DNA of 64,000 bases from Isurus oxyrinchus (Eukaryota): NCBI GenBank assembly GCA_026770705.1, contig JANJGN010000026.1, positions 32,550,001 to 32,614,000 of the forward strand. Reading direction: 5' to 3'. The notes below the pieces were generated by a model, which searched no databases, had not been told where the DNA came from, and worked only from the letters and a program-made list of their open reading frames with translations. A program made the position numbers and the translations under genes. How positions within the stretch are numbered: position 1 is the first letter of the stretch; the number at the start of each line of letters is the position of its first letter. This document shows positions 12,240 to 24,424 of the stretch, piece after piece.

Positions 12240-13750
12240 AACGTGCGGATCAGTAGCAGGAGTAGGCTATTCGGCCTCTCGAGCCTCCTCCACCATTCAC
12301 TCCGATCATAGCTGATCTGATTGTGGCGTTAACTCCCGCCTACTCTCCGCTAATCTTTGACTCACTTGTCAATGAAGAATCTCTCTACTTCTGCCTTGAA
12401 ATATTAATGACTCCTCCTCCATCGTTCTCTGGGAAAGACAGTTCGAAACTTTCACTACCCTTAGAGAAAAATATAAAATCTCCTCATTTCCGCCAGAATG
12501 GGAGACCTATTTTTAAACTGCGTTGCCTATCGTTAGTCTCTCCCACAAGCGGAAACATCCTTTCAGCATCCATCCTGTCATTTTCCCCCAGGATCTTATA
12601 TGTTTCAATAAAATCAGTTCTTATTTTTCTAAACTCCAATAGATACAGGCCTATCCAAACTTTCCTCAGAAGTTAACCGACAACACATCCCAGTATCAGT
12701 TGAATGAACATTCTCTGAACAGCTTCTAATGCTTTTATATCCTTTCTTAAAGGAGACTAAATCAGACGAGGCCGCATTGACGCCTCGTTAAACTGTTGCA
12801 AACCATCTTTACTTTTATATTATTTTCTATTATCAAGGATCCTATCACGGGTCATTAAGAAAATCCAAATGCAATTACGTAGATCCATCATGGTTTTGTG
12901 ACAAGCAGAGTTCCACAGGGATCAATGCTGCAGCCTCAACTATTTACAATTTATATCAATGACTTTAATGAAAGGACTGAATGAATTTGCTAAATTTGCT
13001 GATGACACAAAGATTGATTGGAGAGTAAGTGGTGAAGAGGGGATAAAGGTCAGCAAAGGGATACAGATAGGTTATAGGAGTGGGCAAAAAAATGACAGAG
13101 TATAAATTCCCCTTGTAATAAATGACAACATTCCCTTTGCCTTCCTCATTACTTGCTGTTCCTGCATTATAACTTTTTGTGATTCATGCAGCAAGGGATC
13201 CGCATCCCTCTGTACCTCAGAGTTCAGCAATCTCTTTCCCTTTCAATAAAATGATGCTTTTGTATTCTTCCTGCCAAAGTGGACACGTTTATATTTTCCC
13301 ACGTTATACTCTGTCATTTTTTTGCCCACTCCTATGACCTATCTATATCCCTTTGCTGACCTTTATCCCCTCTTCACCACTTACTCTCTTATCTATCTGT
13401 GTGTCATCAGCAAATTTAGCAAATTCATTCAGTCCTTTCATTTAAGTCATTGATGTAAATTGTAAATAGTTGAGGCCGCAGCATTGATCCCTGTGGCACT
13501 CCACTTGTCACAAAACCATGATGGATCTATGTAATTGCATTTGGATTTTCTTAGTGATCCGTGATAGGATCCTTAATAATAGATTCCATCATTTTCCCTC
13601 GGACAGATGTTAAGCTAACTGGCCTGTCGGTTCTTGCTTTCCCTTTACCTCTTTTATTTGATATAAAAGCCTCATTCTCTATTTTCCAATCTGATGAGAC
13701 TTTTCCAGAATCCAGGGGAGTTTGGAAAATTAAACCAATGCCTCTGCTAT
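12240..13750 (-). mobile_element. CR1-clade LINE fragment containing an internal inverted duplication
   Basis: Reverse-complement CR1 3' UTR and RT-region sequence (gtgtcatcagcaaattt = KFADDT on minus). Confidence 0.8.
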
Positions 13751-14259
13751 TTTAGTAACCACCTCGTTAAGGCCAAAATATTTGGCCAACTTCTCTGCCC
13801 ATTTCCTTATTTTCCTTCATTACAGGCTTGTCCAATCCGTGTCCTGTGGCTGGATAAGAGCCCCCGAAGCCCCTCCATATGGCCCCCGGAGATGTTGTTC
13901 AAAATGCTGGTCAGGCAGGTAAGTGGAGTTGAAGATATCTGGAAGGAGCTGCTCCTCCAATCACTGGCGAGTCATCTACCCGTTAACTGCTGATAGGCTG
14001 ATTGGTGGGCCTATCAGCAGTAAAAGTGGGAGGCAAACAGGTTGTGATTGGAGGGGCAGCGAGCACCTGCTGGAGAAATGCGCAGGGAAACGGGGGGAAG
14101 CGCACGGAGACATTGTCTCCCTTCTATCCCAGACACTGAGGTCCTTTCCCCGGGAATGGAAAGGATTTCAGGAGGAGAAGAGACAATGAGAGAGAGAGAT
14201 AGAGAGAGTGGGGCCCAGGGTGCCTGGGGCCTCGGCTCGCAACTGCTGACGCCCTGATC

Positions 14260-16140
14260 TCCCCGCTATAGCTCGCCTCGCTGCCCTTCGCCCACCCTCC
14301 GGCCTCTCTGCCCATTCCCCTCCGGCCTCTCTGCCTTTCCACCCCCCCCCCCCCCACCCCTCCCCACCGCCACTTTGCCCTTTCCCCCTTGCCTCTCTGC
14401 CCTTTCCACCCCCCCGCTTCCCTGTCCTTCCTCCTCCTGCCTCTCTGTCCTCCACCGCCTCTGCCCTTCCCCCTGCCCTTTCCCCTTCTGCCCCTCTGCC
14501 TTCCCCCCTCCCGCCTCTCTGCCCTTCACCCTCCCGCCTCTCTGCCCTTTCCCCCTCCGTCTCTCTGCCCTTTCCCCCTCCCTCCTGTCTGCCCTTTCCA
14601 CCACCGGCTCCCTGCCCTTCCCCCTTCTGCCTCCCTGCCCTTCCCCCTCCCGCCTCCCTGTCTTTTCCCCCTCTGCCTCCCTGCCCTTCCCCGTCTAGCT
14701 CCCTGCGCTTTCCTCTCTGCCTCTCTGCCCTTCGCACCTCTGCCTCTCTGTCCTTCGTACCTCTGCCCTTCCCCTGTCTCTCTGCCCTTTCCACCTGCCT
14801 CTCTCCTTTCCACCCCTGCCCTTCCCCCCTCTACCTCCCTTCCCTTTTCCCTTCTGGTCTCTCTGCCCTTTCCCTCCTCTACCTCCATTCCCTTTCCCCC
14901 TCCCGCCTCTATGCTTTTTCCCCTTCCCACCTCTCTGCCCTTTCCCCCTCCCACCTCTCTGCCCTTCCCACCTCTGCCCCTCTGCCCTTCCCCTTCCGAC
15001 TCTCTGCCCTTACCCCTCCTGACTCTCTATCCTTTCCCTTTCTGCCTCTCTGCACTATCCACTCCTCGCTTCCCTACCCTTCCCCTCCCGCCTCTCTGCT
15101 CTTCCCCCTCCCGCCTCTCTGCCCTTCCCCCTCCCACCTCTCTGCCCTTTCCCCCTCCCGCCTCTCTGCCCTTCCCCCTCCCGCCTCTCTGCCCTTCCCC
15201 CTCCCACCTCTCTGCCCTTTCCCCCTCCCATCTCTCTGCCCTTTCCCCCTCCCACCTCTCTGCCCTTCCCCCTCCCGCCTCTCTGCCCTTGCCCCCTCCC
15301 GCCTCTCTGCCCTTTCCCCCTCCCATCTCTCTGCCCTTGCCCCCTCCCGCCTCTCTGCCCTTCCCCTTCCGACTCTCTGTCCTTTCTCCTTCTGCCTCTC
15401 TGCCCTTTCCAACCCTCGCCTCCCTGCTCTTCCTCTCCCGCCTCTCTGCCCGTTCTCCCCCAGTTCTCTGCACCTACTCCATGGCTCCTTGTGCTTTTGC
15501 TCCGCTCTCTGACCTTTCCCACTGGCTTTATGATCTTTCCCCCAGCTATCTGCCCTTCCCATCACCTCTCTGCCTTTCCCCCTCCTAGCTCCCTGCCCCT
15601 TCCTCCTCCCACCTCTCTGCCCTTTCCCCCTCTGCCTCTCTAGCCTTTCCCCCTCTGCCCTCCTCCCCCCGCCTCTCTGCCCTCCCCCCTCTGCCCATCC
15701 CCCGCCTCTCTGCCCTCCCCCCCTCCCGCCTCTCTGCCCTTCCCCCCTCTACCTCTCTGCCCTTTCCCCCTCCCGTCTCTCTGCCCTTTCTCCCCCAGTT
15801 CTCTGCACCTACCCCATGGCTCTCTGTGCTTTTGCTCCGCTCTCTGACCTTTTCCACTGGCTTTGCAATCTTTCCCCCGGCTCTCTGCCCTTCCCATCGC
15901 CTCTCTGCCCCTTCCTGCCTCGTTGCCTTTCCCCCTCCCACCTCCCTGCCCTTTCTCCCCCCACCTCTCTGCCCTTTCCCCCTCCCCTCTCTGCCCTTTC
16001 CCCATCCCGCCTCTCTGCCCCTTACTCCACTTCTCACTGACCTTTCCCCAGCTCTCTGCCCTTCCTACCAGGCTGCTCTGCCATGTCCTCCCCCTCCCCC
16101 TCCCCTCTGCCGTGCTGCCCCCTCTATGCCCTATCTCCCA
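14260..16140 (-). repeat. Strand-biased G-rich (sense) tandem repeat, core GGGCAGAGAGGCGGGAGGGGGAAA
   Basis: Plus strand almost entirely C/T with repeated cctctctgcccttcccc units. Confidence 0.92.
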
Positions 16141-16339
16141 CGCCTCTTTGTCCTTTCCCCAAGCCAACTGCACTTACTCTAAGGGTCCCTGTGCTTTCGC
16201 CTGTCTCTCTGGCCTTTCCACTGATACTCATCACTCCCTTCGGCCATGCTCCACTTTCTGACACTGTGAGGCCTCAGGCCTCGCTTCTAAGTCTCTCTTC
16301 CCCGCAGTTCCCGCCCTCCCACACACTGAATTAGAAAAG

Positions 16340-17280
16340 TGATCGAGTGAGTGAGCATGTGCATGATTGACAGAGTGAGGGTGGCTGAGTGACAGAGTGG
16401 GGGTGGGTGGCTGAGTGCGTGAGGGTGCGTGGGTGAGTGAAGGAGTGAGTGAGGGTGGGTAGTGAGTGAGCGTGGGTGGGTGTCTAATTGTGGGAGAGTA
16501 AGAATGGATGACTGAGTGAGGGCAGGTGTTTGAATGAGGGTAGATGAGTGGGTGATTGAAGGTTAGTGGGTATGTGAGGGTGCGTATGTGAGTGACGGTG
16601 AGTGGGTATATCAGGGTGGGTGGATGAGTGTGAATGAGGCTGGGTGGGTGAGGGTGAGTAAGGGTGTGTGAGTGAGGGTGAGTAATTGATGGTGAGTGAC
16701 TGAGGGTGAGTGAATGAGGGTGTGGTAGGGGGTGAGTGTGTGAGGGTGAGTGAGGGTGTGTGAGTGAGGGTGGATGTGGCTGGGTGGGTAAGGGTGAGTA
16801 AGAGTGAGTGAGTGGTAGTGAGGAGTGAGGTTGAGTGAGGGTGAGTGAGGATGGTGAGGGTGCATGAGTGATGGGTGAGAGAGTGATGGGTGAGAGAGTG
16901 AGGGTTGTGAGTGAGGAGTGAGTGAGTGAAGGTGAGTGAGTAATTGATGGTGAGTCAAGGAGGGTGTGTGAAGGTGGGTGAGGGTGGATGATTGAGGGTG
17001 CCTGAGTGAGGGTGAGTGAGGGTGAGTGTGTGAGGGTGGGTGTGTGAGGGTGGGTGAGTGAGGGTGGGTGAGTGAGAGTGGGTGAGCGAGAGAGTGCGAG
17101 TGAGTAAGGGTGAGGGAGTGAGGGTGAGGGAGTGAGGCTGAGTGAGTGACGGTGGGTGAGTGAGGGTGGCTGAGGGCCAGTGAGTGAGGGTGAAGAAATG
17201 ATGGTGAGGGAGTGAGTGTGAGGGAGTGAGGGTGAGTGAGTGAGTGAGATTGAGTGAGGGTGAGTGATTGTGGGTAGTGA
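16340..17280 (+). repeat. (GAGT/GAGG)n-type G-rich simple repeat
   Basis: gagtgagggt units. Confidence 0.9.
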
Positions 17281-17281
17281 G

Positions 17282-17463
17282 GGTGCCCAGATGCTGTAGG
17301 CTCATCAAGGTGATGTTTTTCCAGATGATTTTCTGCTCCGGCTCAGCTTTCCGTTGCCTGTTGTCCACAGCCGAGCTGGGGGCTCCTCCATTCGGCTCCA
17401 CCACCTCCACCTCCTCCTCTTCATCTCCATCGATCCTGTCCCGATTCTCCAGATTGATCAGCT
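17282..17463 (-). pseudogene. Stearoyl-CoA desaturase (SCD/SCD5)-like N-terminal fragment
   Basis: EQKIIWKNITLMSLQHLG resembles the SCD first-TM motif IVWRNVVLMSLLHLG (recalled, not searched); truncated by simple repeat. Confidence 0.5.
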
Positions 17464-17859
17464 TTCAGTAACACCGGCTGTGTAAAGTCAGGCAGCAGTG
17501 TAGATCGCTGGCCACCTGCTTTAATGCCGATGCATTTCTTTGAGAAACCCATGTCAGTACACGAACAGGCAGACTGAGGGGTCTGGAGGGGAAGGTTACA
17601 GCAAAACCAGGATGTGCCATGCAGGTATCTTGCACCAACTGTGCACTGGTATTGGGGATCCAGCTGGCTGTGGTCTCTGTCACATCCCTCCCCTTTCCTT
17701 GCTTCTTTGTGTTTGGTTCAACAATTGGAAATTCTCCACATATATAGTGATGTCACCTGTGTAATTTCATTTTACACAAAAAGGCATCAGAAATGGAACA
17801 ATGAACATGCATGCAGCTTAATGGATTTTCATTCTGCAGTTAGCATTTTCAGCCCACTT

Positions 17860-18850
17860 CTGTGTGTGAGAATGTGTGTGTGTCTGCGTGATAAAGAGAG
17901 AGAGAGTGCATGCAAGTGTTTGTGTGTTTTTAAGAGAGAGAGAGAGACACAGACAGAGAGAGACGGAGTGTGTGTGAGAGAGAGAGTGTGTGTGTGTGAG
18001 ATAGGGAGTATAAGCGTGAGAGTGTGTGAAATGGAGAATGTGTGTGTGGGAGAGAAAGAGTGCATGTGTGTGTGTGAGAGAAAGAGAGTCTGTGTGTGTG
18101 TGTGAGAGGGGGAAAGTGTGTTTTTCTGTGCATGTCATAGGGAGTATAAGTGTGAGAGTGTCTGAGATAGAGAAATGTATGTATAAGAGAGAGCTGCTGT
18201 GTGTGTGTGAGAGTTAGAGAGAGAAAGAGAGAGAGAAAGAGAATGTGTAGGGGTGTGAGTGATTGGTCGTATAAATGTGTGAGAGAAAGTGTGTGAGAGA
18301 GCGAACGTGTGTGTGGGAGAGAAAGAGTGTGTGAAAGAGAGAGCCAATGTTTGTATCAGAGAGAAAGAATGAGAGAGAGTGCAGGTGTGAGATAAAGTGT
18401 GTGTGAGAGGGAATGTGTTTGTGTTTCTGTGTGAGAGAGAGAGAATGGAGAGTGTGTACATGTGTGAGAGTGTGTATGTGTGTGGGAGAGAGGATGCATG
18501 TATGTGAGAGAGAGAGAGTGGGTGTGCGTAAAAGTGAGGGAGTGTGCATGTGTTTGTGAATGTGAGAGAGAGTGCATGTGTGAGAAAGAAAGAGTGCATG
18601 TGTGTGTGAGAGAGATAGTGTGCACGTGTGTTAGAGTGTGTATATTTGAGAGAGCATGTGTATGAGAGAATGTGAGTGTCTGTGTGAGAGTGTGTGTGAA
18701 AGAGAGAGGCAATGTGTGAGAGACAGAATGTGTACATGTTAAAGAGAATTTGTGTGTGAGAGGGAAAATGTGAGAGTGTGTGTGTGTGACAAAGAGAGGG
18801 GTGTGACAGAGAGAGTGAGCGAGTGAGGGTCTGTGGTAAAGAGACTGAGT
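17860..18850. repeat. Mixed (GT)n/(GA)n microsatellite field
   Basis: Direct observation. Confidence 0.9.
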
Positions 18851-21800
18851 GTGTCGAGGTAGAGTAGCCATAATCTTACTGAATGGAGGGCAGGATCGAA
18901 GGGCCGAATGTCCTCTTGGTCCCTTGTTTCTGTCATTCATTCCTCCCCCTGCAGGCGGCAATCCGATGACTCAGTTTTTGATGGCTGCTCCTTTTCCCCA
19001 AATCCCCCGCGGCTGGCTATTTGGAGCGGGAGGATGGTCATTGTCCATTTCAATCGTTTAAATAACTCTCAGCCCCTGATCAGATCAGAACAGGCGCTGC
19101 CCTCTGGAAACTCACTGTCCCTCCCTGATTCTGTTTGTTCTGAAATTGTGCTCAAGTTCAGCTCACTCACATTCAATGATTTTCTGATACTCAAAATGCT
19201 GAAACATAATTAATTCATTAAAATTTATACATATTCGCTCCAGAAATATGGTTAAAAACAATTAATGTGTGTCATTTCAAGCGAGCAATGGAACAATTTA
19301 TTTTCACAGATCTGGCTAGAGGACTCACAGCCAATTACTGATTCAGTTTGTTTGACATCTGCGGGGAAAAGACTGTCTGGTCAGTAACAGGACAAGTTAA
19401 GATATGGATTAAATCCCCCACTCCTCCCCCGGTACACTCCTGTCATCAGCTGCAAGGGTGGGATTCAACAGAAAGCCAACTCTCCACTGAACTGCCAAAC
19501 ACTCCGGAGCAGGTACAGTACTGGTTTGATATAAAATAAAACTCCCTCTACATTGTCCTATGAAATATGCCCAGAAGAGGGTTCAATCCAGTTTCAATAT
19601 AAATGCTGTGGCTGCAAGAGGTGGTCAGAGGCTGGGAATTCACTGGCGAGTAATTCACCCAAAGACAACCCACCATCTACATGTCACAAGTCTGGACTGG
19701 GATTGAATAGTTTTCACTTGCCTCAATGAGTGAAATTTCAACAAACCCCAAGAAACCCAATACTATCCAGGACAAAGCAGCCCACAGAATTGGTAGCCCA
19801 TCCACTTAAACATTCACACCCTCCCCCACAGACGCACAGTGAGAGCAGTATGTACCATATACAGGATGCACTGCAGCAACTCGCCAAGGCTCCTTCAGCA
19901 GCACCGTCAAAACCTGCAACCTCTCCTAACTAGAAGGACAAGGGCAGCAAGTGCTTGGGAACACTGCCCCCTGTACGCGCCCCTCCAAGGCACTCACCAT
20001 CCTGATTTGGAATGATATCACCGTGTCTTCACTCTCAATATGTCAAAATCCTGGAACTCCCTTCCTAACAGCACTGTGAGTGAACCTGCAGCTATTCAAG
20101 GAGGCGGCATTTCAACACTTCCTCAAGGGGTAATTAGGGATGGACAACAAATGCTGGCCTTGCCAGTGATCCCAACATCCTATGACAGGATTAAAAATAA
20201 GATACAGGCTAATTTCTTATTCCACATTGTCCAACCAAATAGGTCAAGGACTGCTACAGCACGGATTAAAAGAGGATAAAACTCTCTCTGCATTGCCTAA
20301 CCGAACACTCCCAAGACAGATATATCACTGGTTTACAATCAACCAAATCTCCTTCAACAGTTTGTCTGTCGTTTCTGAATTGTCCTTTCTGACTGTCACA
20401 ATGGGTTGGGCATTTCATTTCTGAGGTGCCTGGTCAAAAAGTCAAACTTTCACATTTCTCACAGATACAAGTTTTTTGAAGAAATAAAGCGAATTACACT
20501 TCCTGAAATACAGGAGAGTGAACCAGACGGTTTTCAACCAGTCAGGAAGATTCTTGGTCCCAGCACAATGAGCACGCGCGCTGAAACAGAACAGACACAA
20601 ATGGTGCAACAAGCGAGTTCCCAGCAGAGAGATCTGTTCAATCTGTCCATTTCACTCAAGCTGTTTGATTCCAATTGATCAACGGTCAATTTACTACAAT
20701 TATTCTATAACTCCTTTGAAATTAATCTGATTTTCATTTCAAACTTCCCTTTTAAGTCCATCTAATTCTCTCTGATCTGTCTCGAATCTCCAAATAATAT
20801 AGGATTTAAGTTACCCTGAAAATGAGCACAGCAAAAATTACAGGTTCAAGATAATTTGGTGTCCAGAACAGAGACTCAATGACAGGGTAAGAATTAAACA
20901 AATCAGGAAACATTCATATTGAAAACCGATTACCCGCTGATTTGATTTGATTTTAGGTATGAATAGAACCAATAAAAACATCAAGGCGGAATTCCTTATC
21001 GACCTGAGCACAGCTGAGTAAGAAAAGTATTCTTTTCTAAATTAATTTTGGATTCAATTAAAAATTCTCTCCATTGAGATTTTGCATTCATTATAATAAC
21101 CATTATACTATTTAGTTGTTGGAGCACATTTATGTTGAATTAATTATCACTAATATTATATTGTAAGATAATGATCTTGTTATTGCCGACTCATTTTCTT
21201 GTCAGCTGATTTCTACTATATATTAGAAATGGTTTTCAAAAATTGAAAATTTGTTTCTCTCTGGTACTTAGTGAAATATTTGGGGTTTATTTAAATCAAC
21301 CTGACACTGAAACAATGTTAAACAATAAACTGCAAATTGCTAGATGGTAACATTCAGGCAAGTGTATCAATTTTACTTAAATCTAAGCACGATATGCGAT
21401 TTTGCTTCTACTTCTACTGCTCTGATTTAACCAACAATATTGCAAGCTATGCGTGTTTCCGAACGCATTGAGAAATCATAAATTCCATCTATTCTCATCG
21501 AGTAATTCACAGGGCGAATTTATCAGTGGAATATTGGAAATACTTTCAAATCTGGCCGGGTTCACATCACATTAAGTGTCAATGAGCTGTAACACCATCT
21601 GTTTGCTAAAGGAAACTTTTCTTAACTCCAAACTATATGTAAGAAAATGTTCCTGGCAGTTACTTATTATCAATAAAATTTTTCCTCGATAACAATCCCT
21701 ATTCTTTAATTGTTACATTTTTGTTCATTGAAAGAAGATCCAAACTGATCAATATAAAACTTGATGAGAACAGTTCATTCATATCATCTGTGACACTGAA

Positions 21801-23555
21801 ATATAATCAGCAAATTGAATCGAGATTTTGTTCTTCAATTTAATATTTAATAAGAATTAAGCATGAATCTCAGATATAATCTGTTCTTCTCCTATAATCC
21901 TATCCTGTGCACAGCACAGCTCTGGTAGACAGGATGTTGTTATTAAAATCAAAACTAACATTAATGTTTGCAATTAAAATCAAAACTAACATTAATGTTT
22001 GCAATTAAATTAATTTGTTCTAATTTCAAGCCTTTCCTTGTCAATCTCTATTCATATGCAATCTGCACCTTCCTACAGTTCAAAAAAACGTAAGAACAAT
22101 TCATTTACTGCCAGCGAATTCCACCCCTCACCCCCACCAACCCCAGAAAACTGTTTAAGATTAGATTAGTGACAATTGTCTCGCTATCCAAATCCCAATG
22201 ACATTGAAGGAATAATATGGTTACAGCTGCACAGAAAGAATGTAATAACCGGATAGACACGTTGCCAAACTGAAATGTCAAACTCTTCTTTAAGTCAATG
22301 CAAACGTTATCAGCGATATAAAATATAATTCAAAATCCCATGTGAAATTGACCAAATTTGTAGAATCAGTATATTCTTATTGAAATTGTTTCATTAATAA
22401 TCACAAAATGTTTCCAGCCTAAAAACTTTCCCGAGCATGTTAATTGTGCGCAGTGCCCAACAAAATTATGAAAGGCCGATTAATGATCAATTATGTTAAT
22501 ATGAAAGCTGTTCAGTTAATATAGAGAAATATTACCACATTATAATTGTTTGAATTGTATCAGTTTTAGTCTACAACTTGAATGTGGTAATTATATAGTT
22601 TCTGATTGCAGTAACGAATTATATTCTGAATGAGCGCCATAATCCATGGTTTAGTTTAATCTGCAATTATCACTTAAAATAAAGACAACATGTTCTAACA
22701 CATCTTTAAGAGCTTTTTTCCCATTTCTGAAACCTGTCTGTTTTCTGCCTACAATCGCGCTTCAAGCAGATACGAAGAGGCTGCTTCGATTCAATCGCAA
22801 AACGTGTAACCGCTCAATATCACCGAGTTTAAACAAAGCAGAAACAATGCAGAACCGCCAAACCGTTTCATAAATTCTACTTGTTCAAAGTCACCCAGAC
22901 ACACAATCTCCTCAGCAGAAAAATACCAAATCACATCACTGAGGGGCTGAAACCCGTTTCATGGAGAAGCAGCTCAATACTACAAACACTTCCAACAGAA
23001 TCCAATGTAACATTGCAAGAAAATCTCAATATCGAATCCAGACAACCGCTCGTCACCAAATGAATGAATAATTAAACTAAACAGAAATATGGAATAATGT
23101 CAACAGCATTGTGAGTAGGCGGAACATGTTCAATAAATTAATATTGAAACTTAAGCATATTTTGTTAACATTGGGTTTGATTTCAAACTTGTTTAAACCC
23201 TTGTGCAACAGATGGTAAAACCCGCAGCCATTAGATGTCACCGAGATTAAACATTGCAGAAACGTCAAACTGTTTTTACAAACGTTAGATATTTCAAGAA
23301 GCCCGGCCACACAGTATCCTCAGCAGATAAATACCAAATCACAACAACCAGGGTCTCAATCCCTCAGCAACACTTCTTATCAAGACACAGCGGAATTACA
23401 TAACTCAATTTCAGCAGAATCACATGAAACATTGTAAAAATTCTGCATACAGAATCCACCAAACCCAGGTTTCGTTGGCTGAATGAATTATTAAAATAGA
23501 CAAAAAAAGCAAACACTCAAATAAAACAGTTACTAAATAAATGTGTGGTTCTTAC

Positions 23556-23603
23556 CTGCAGTCACCGTCACCATGGTCCCTTGTCCCCAGTCGCCCATAG
23601 CGT
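23556..23603 (-). CDS. IGHJ: JH segment
   Basis: AMGDWGQGTMVTVTA with WGxG motif, then phase-1 gtaag donor. Confidence 0.96.
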
Positions 23604-23642
23604 CACAGTGTTACATTCCCTGGGCTGTGCCATACAATAACT
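23604..23642 (+). other. JH 23-RSS
   Basis: cacagtg - 23 nt - acaataact. Confidence 0.92.
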
Positions 23643-23971
23643 GTCCCTGCACCAAAAAGACAGAAATCCACCATTATTTTAAATATTCCTAAGTCAGAAG
23701 CAAAGGGAGGTCACGATGAATCTTCGCGAAATTATATTTGCGTTTGTAGATATCTGTAGCTACTCATCAATGATCCTCGAGTTTTATCATTCACAGAATA
23801 ACACATGAACATGTTATTGAATTCACCAATTGATGAATGGATAATTATCACAGCTTTTCCATCTTAAACCAGGTTTTTTGGGCAGTGCTGGACAAAAATA
23901 ATACTTCATTGTAAATATAGCAGGATTGTAAAAGCAAGCACTGACCCAGGCAGACTCAATTAGTGCTGAGG

Positions 23972-24040
23972 GGTTTTTGTATTGACAGTAACTGCTGTGC
24001 CACCCAGTATATCACAGTGAGAGACACCATGTCAAATACT
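23972..24040 (-). other. IGHD: D2 segment (coding 24000-24012, ATATACTGGGTGG) with 12/12 RSSs
   Basis: Plus strand: ggtttttgt-12-tgctgtg [13 bp] cacagtg-12-tcaaatact. Confidence 0.92.
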
Positions 24041-24344
24041 GCGGCACACTGTTAACTGTAAATACAGAGATTTAATCTCACTGCGCTCTCAAAAACCTGA
24101 TTCCGACTCACCTAAGAGTGAATCAGTGAGATATTTCAGCTTGTGCTGGTCATTATATTTATAAATGTGATTGGAATTCTTTAAAAGCCTCTGTGAAGAT
24201 TTAGCTTGTCCGTAAACACAAACAAAGACTTATATATATTTTTACAAACCAATATTACTTATACCTATTATTTTCTTTAGCTCCCATTTTCTTTGACTTT
24301 TCCTGTTGTGATCGTGATCACCAATTTGAACAAACTCCTTCTGA

Positions 24345-24424
24345 GGTTTTTGTATGAGGATGTCGCTGTGCACAGCACTGTGACCCCCTGTAGTATCACA
24401 GTGAAATACACCCGCACAAAAACT
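24345..24424 (-). other. IGHD: D1 segment (coding 24383-24396, ATACTACAGGGGGT) with 5' 12-RSS and 3' 22-RSS
   Basis: Plus strand: ggtttttgt-22-cactgtg [14 bp] cacagtg-12-acaaaaact. Confidence 0.94.

Noticed and set aside
14389-15588. 399-aa Pro/Leu/Ser-rich ORF and overlapping Gly/Arg-rich ORFs
   Set aside because: Artefact of a stop-poor low-complexity repeat
24089-24097. Nonamer-like TCAAAAACC between D1 and D2 (third D?)
   Set aside because: No heptamer at 12 or 23 spacing
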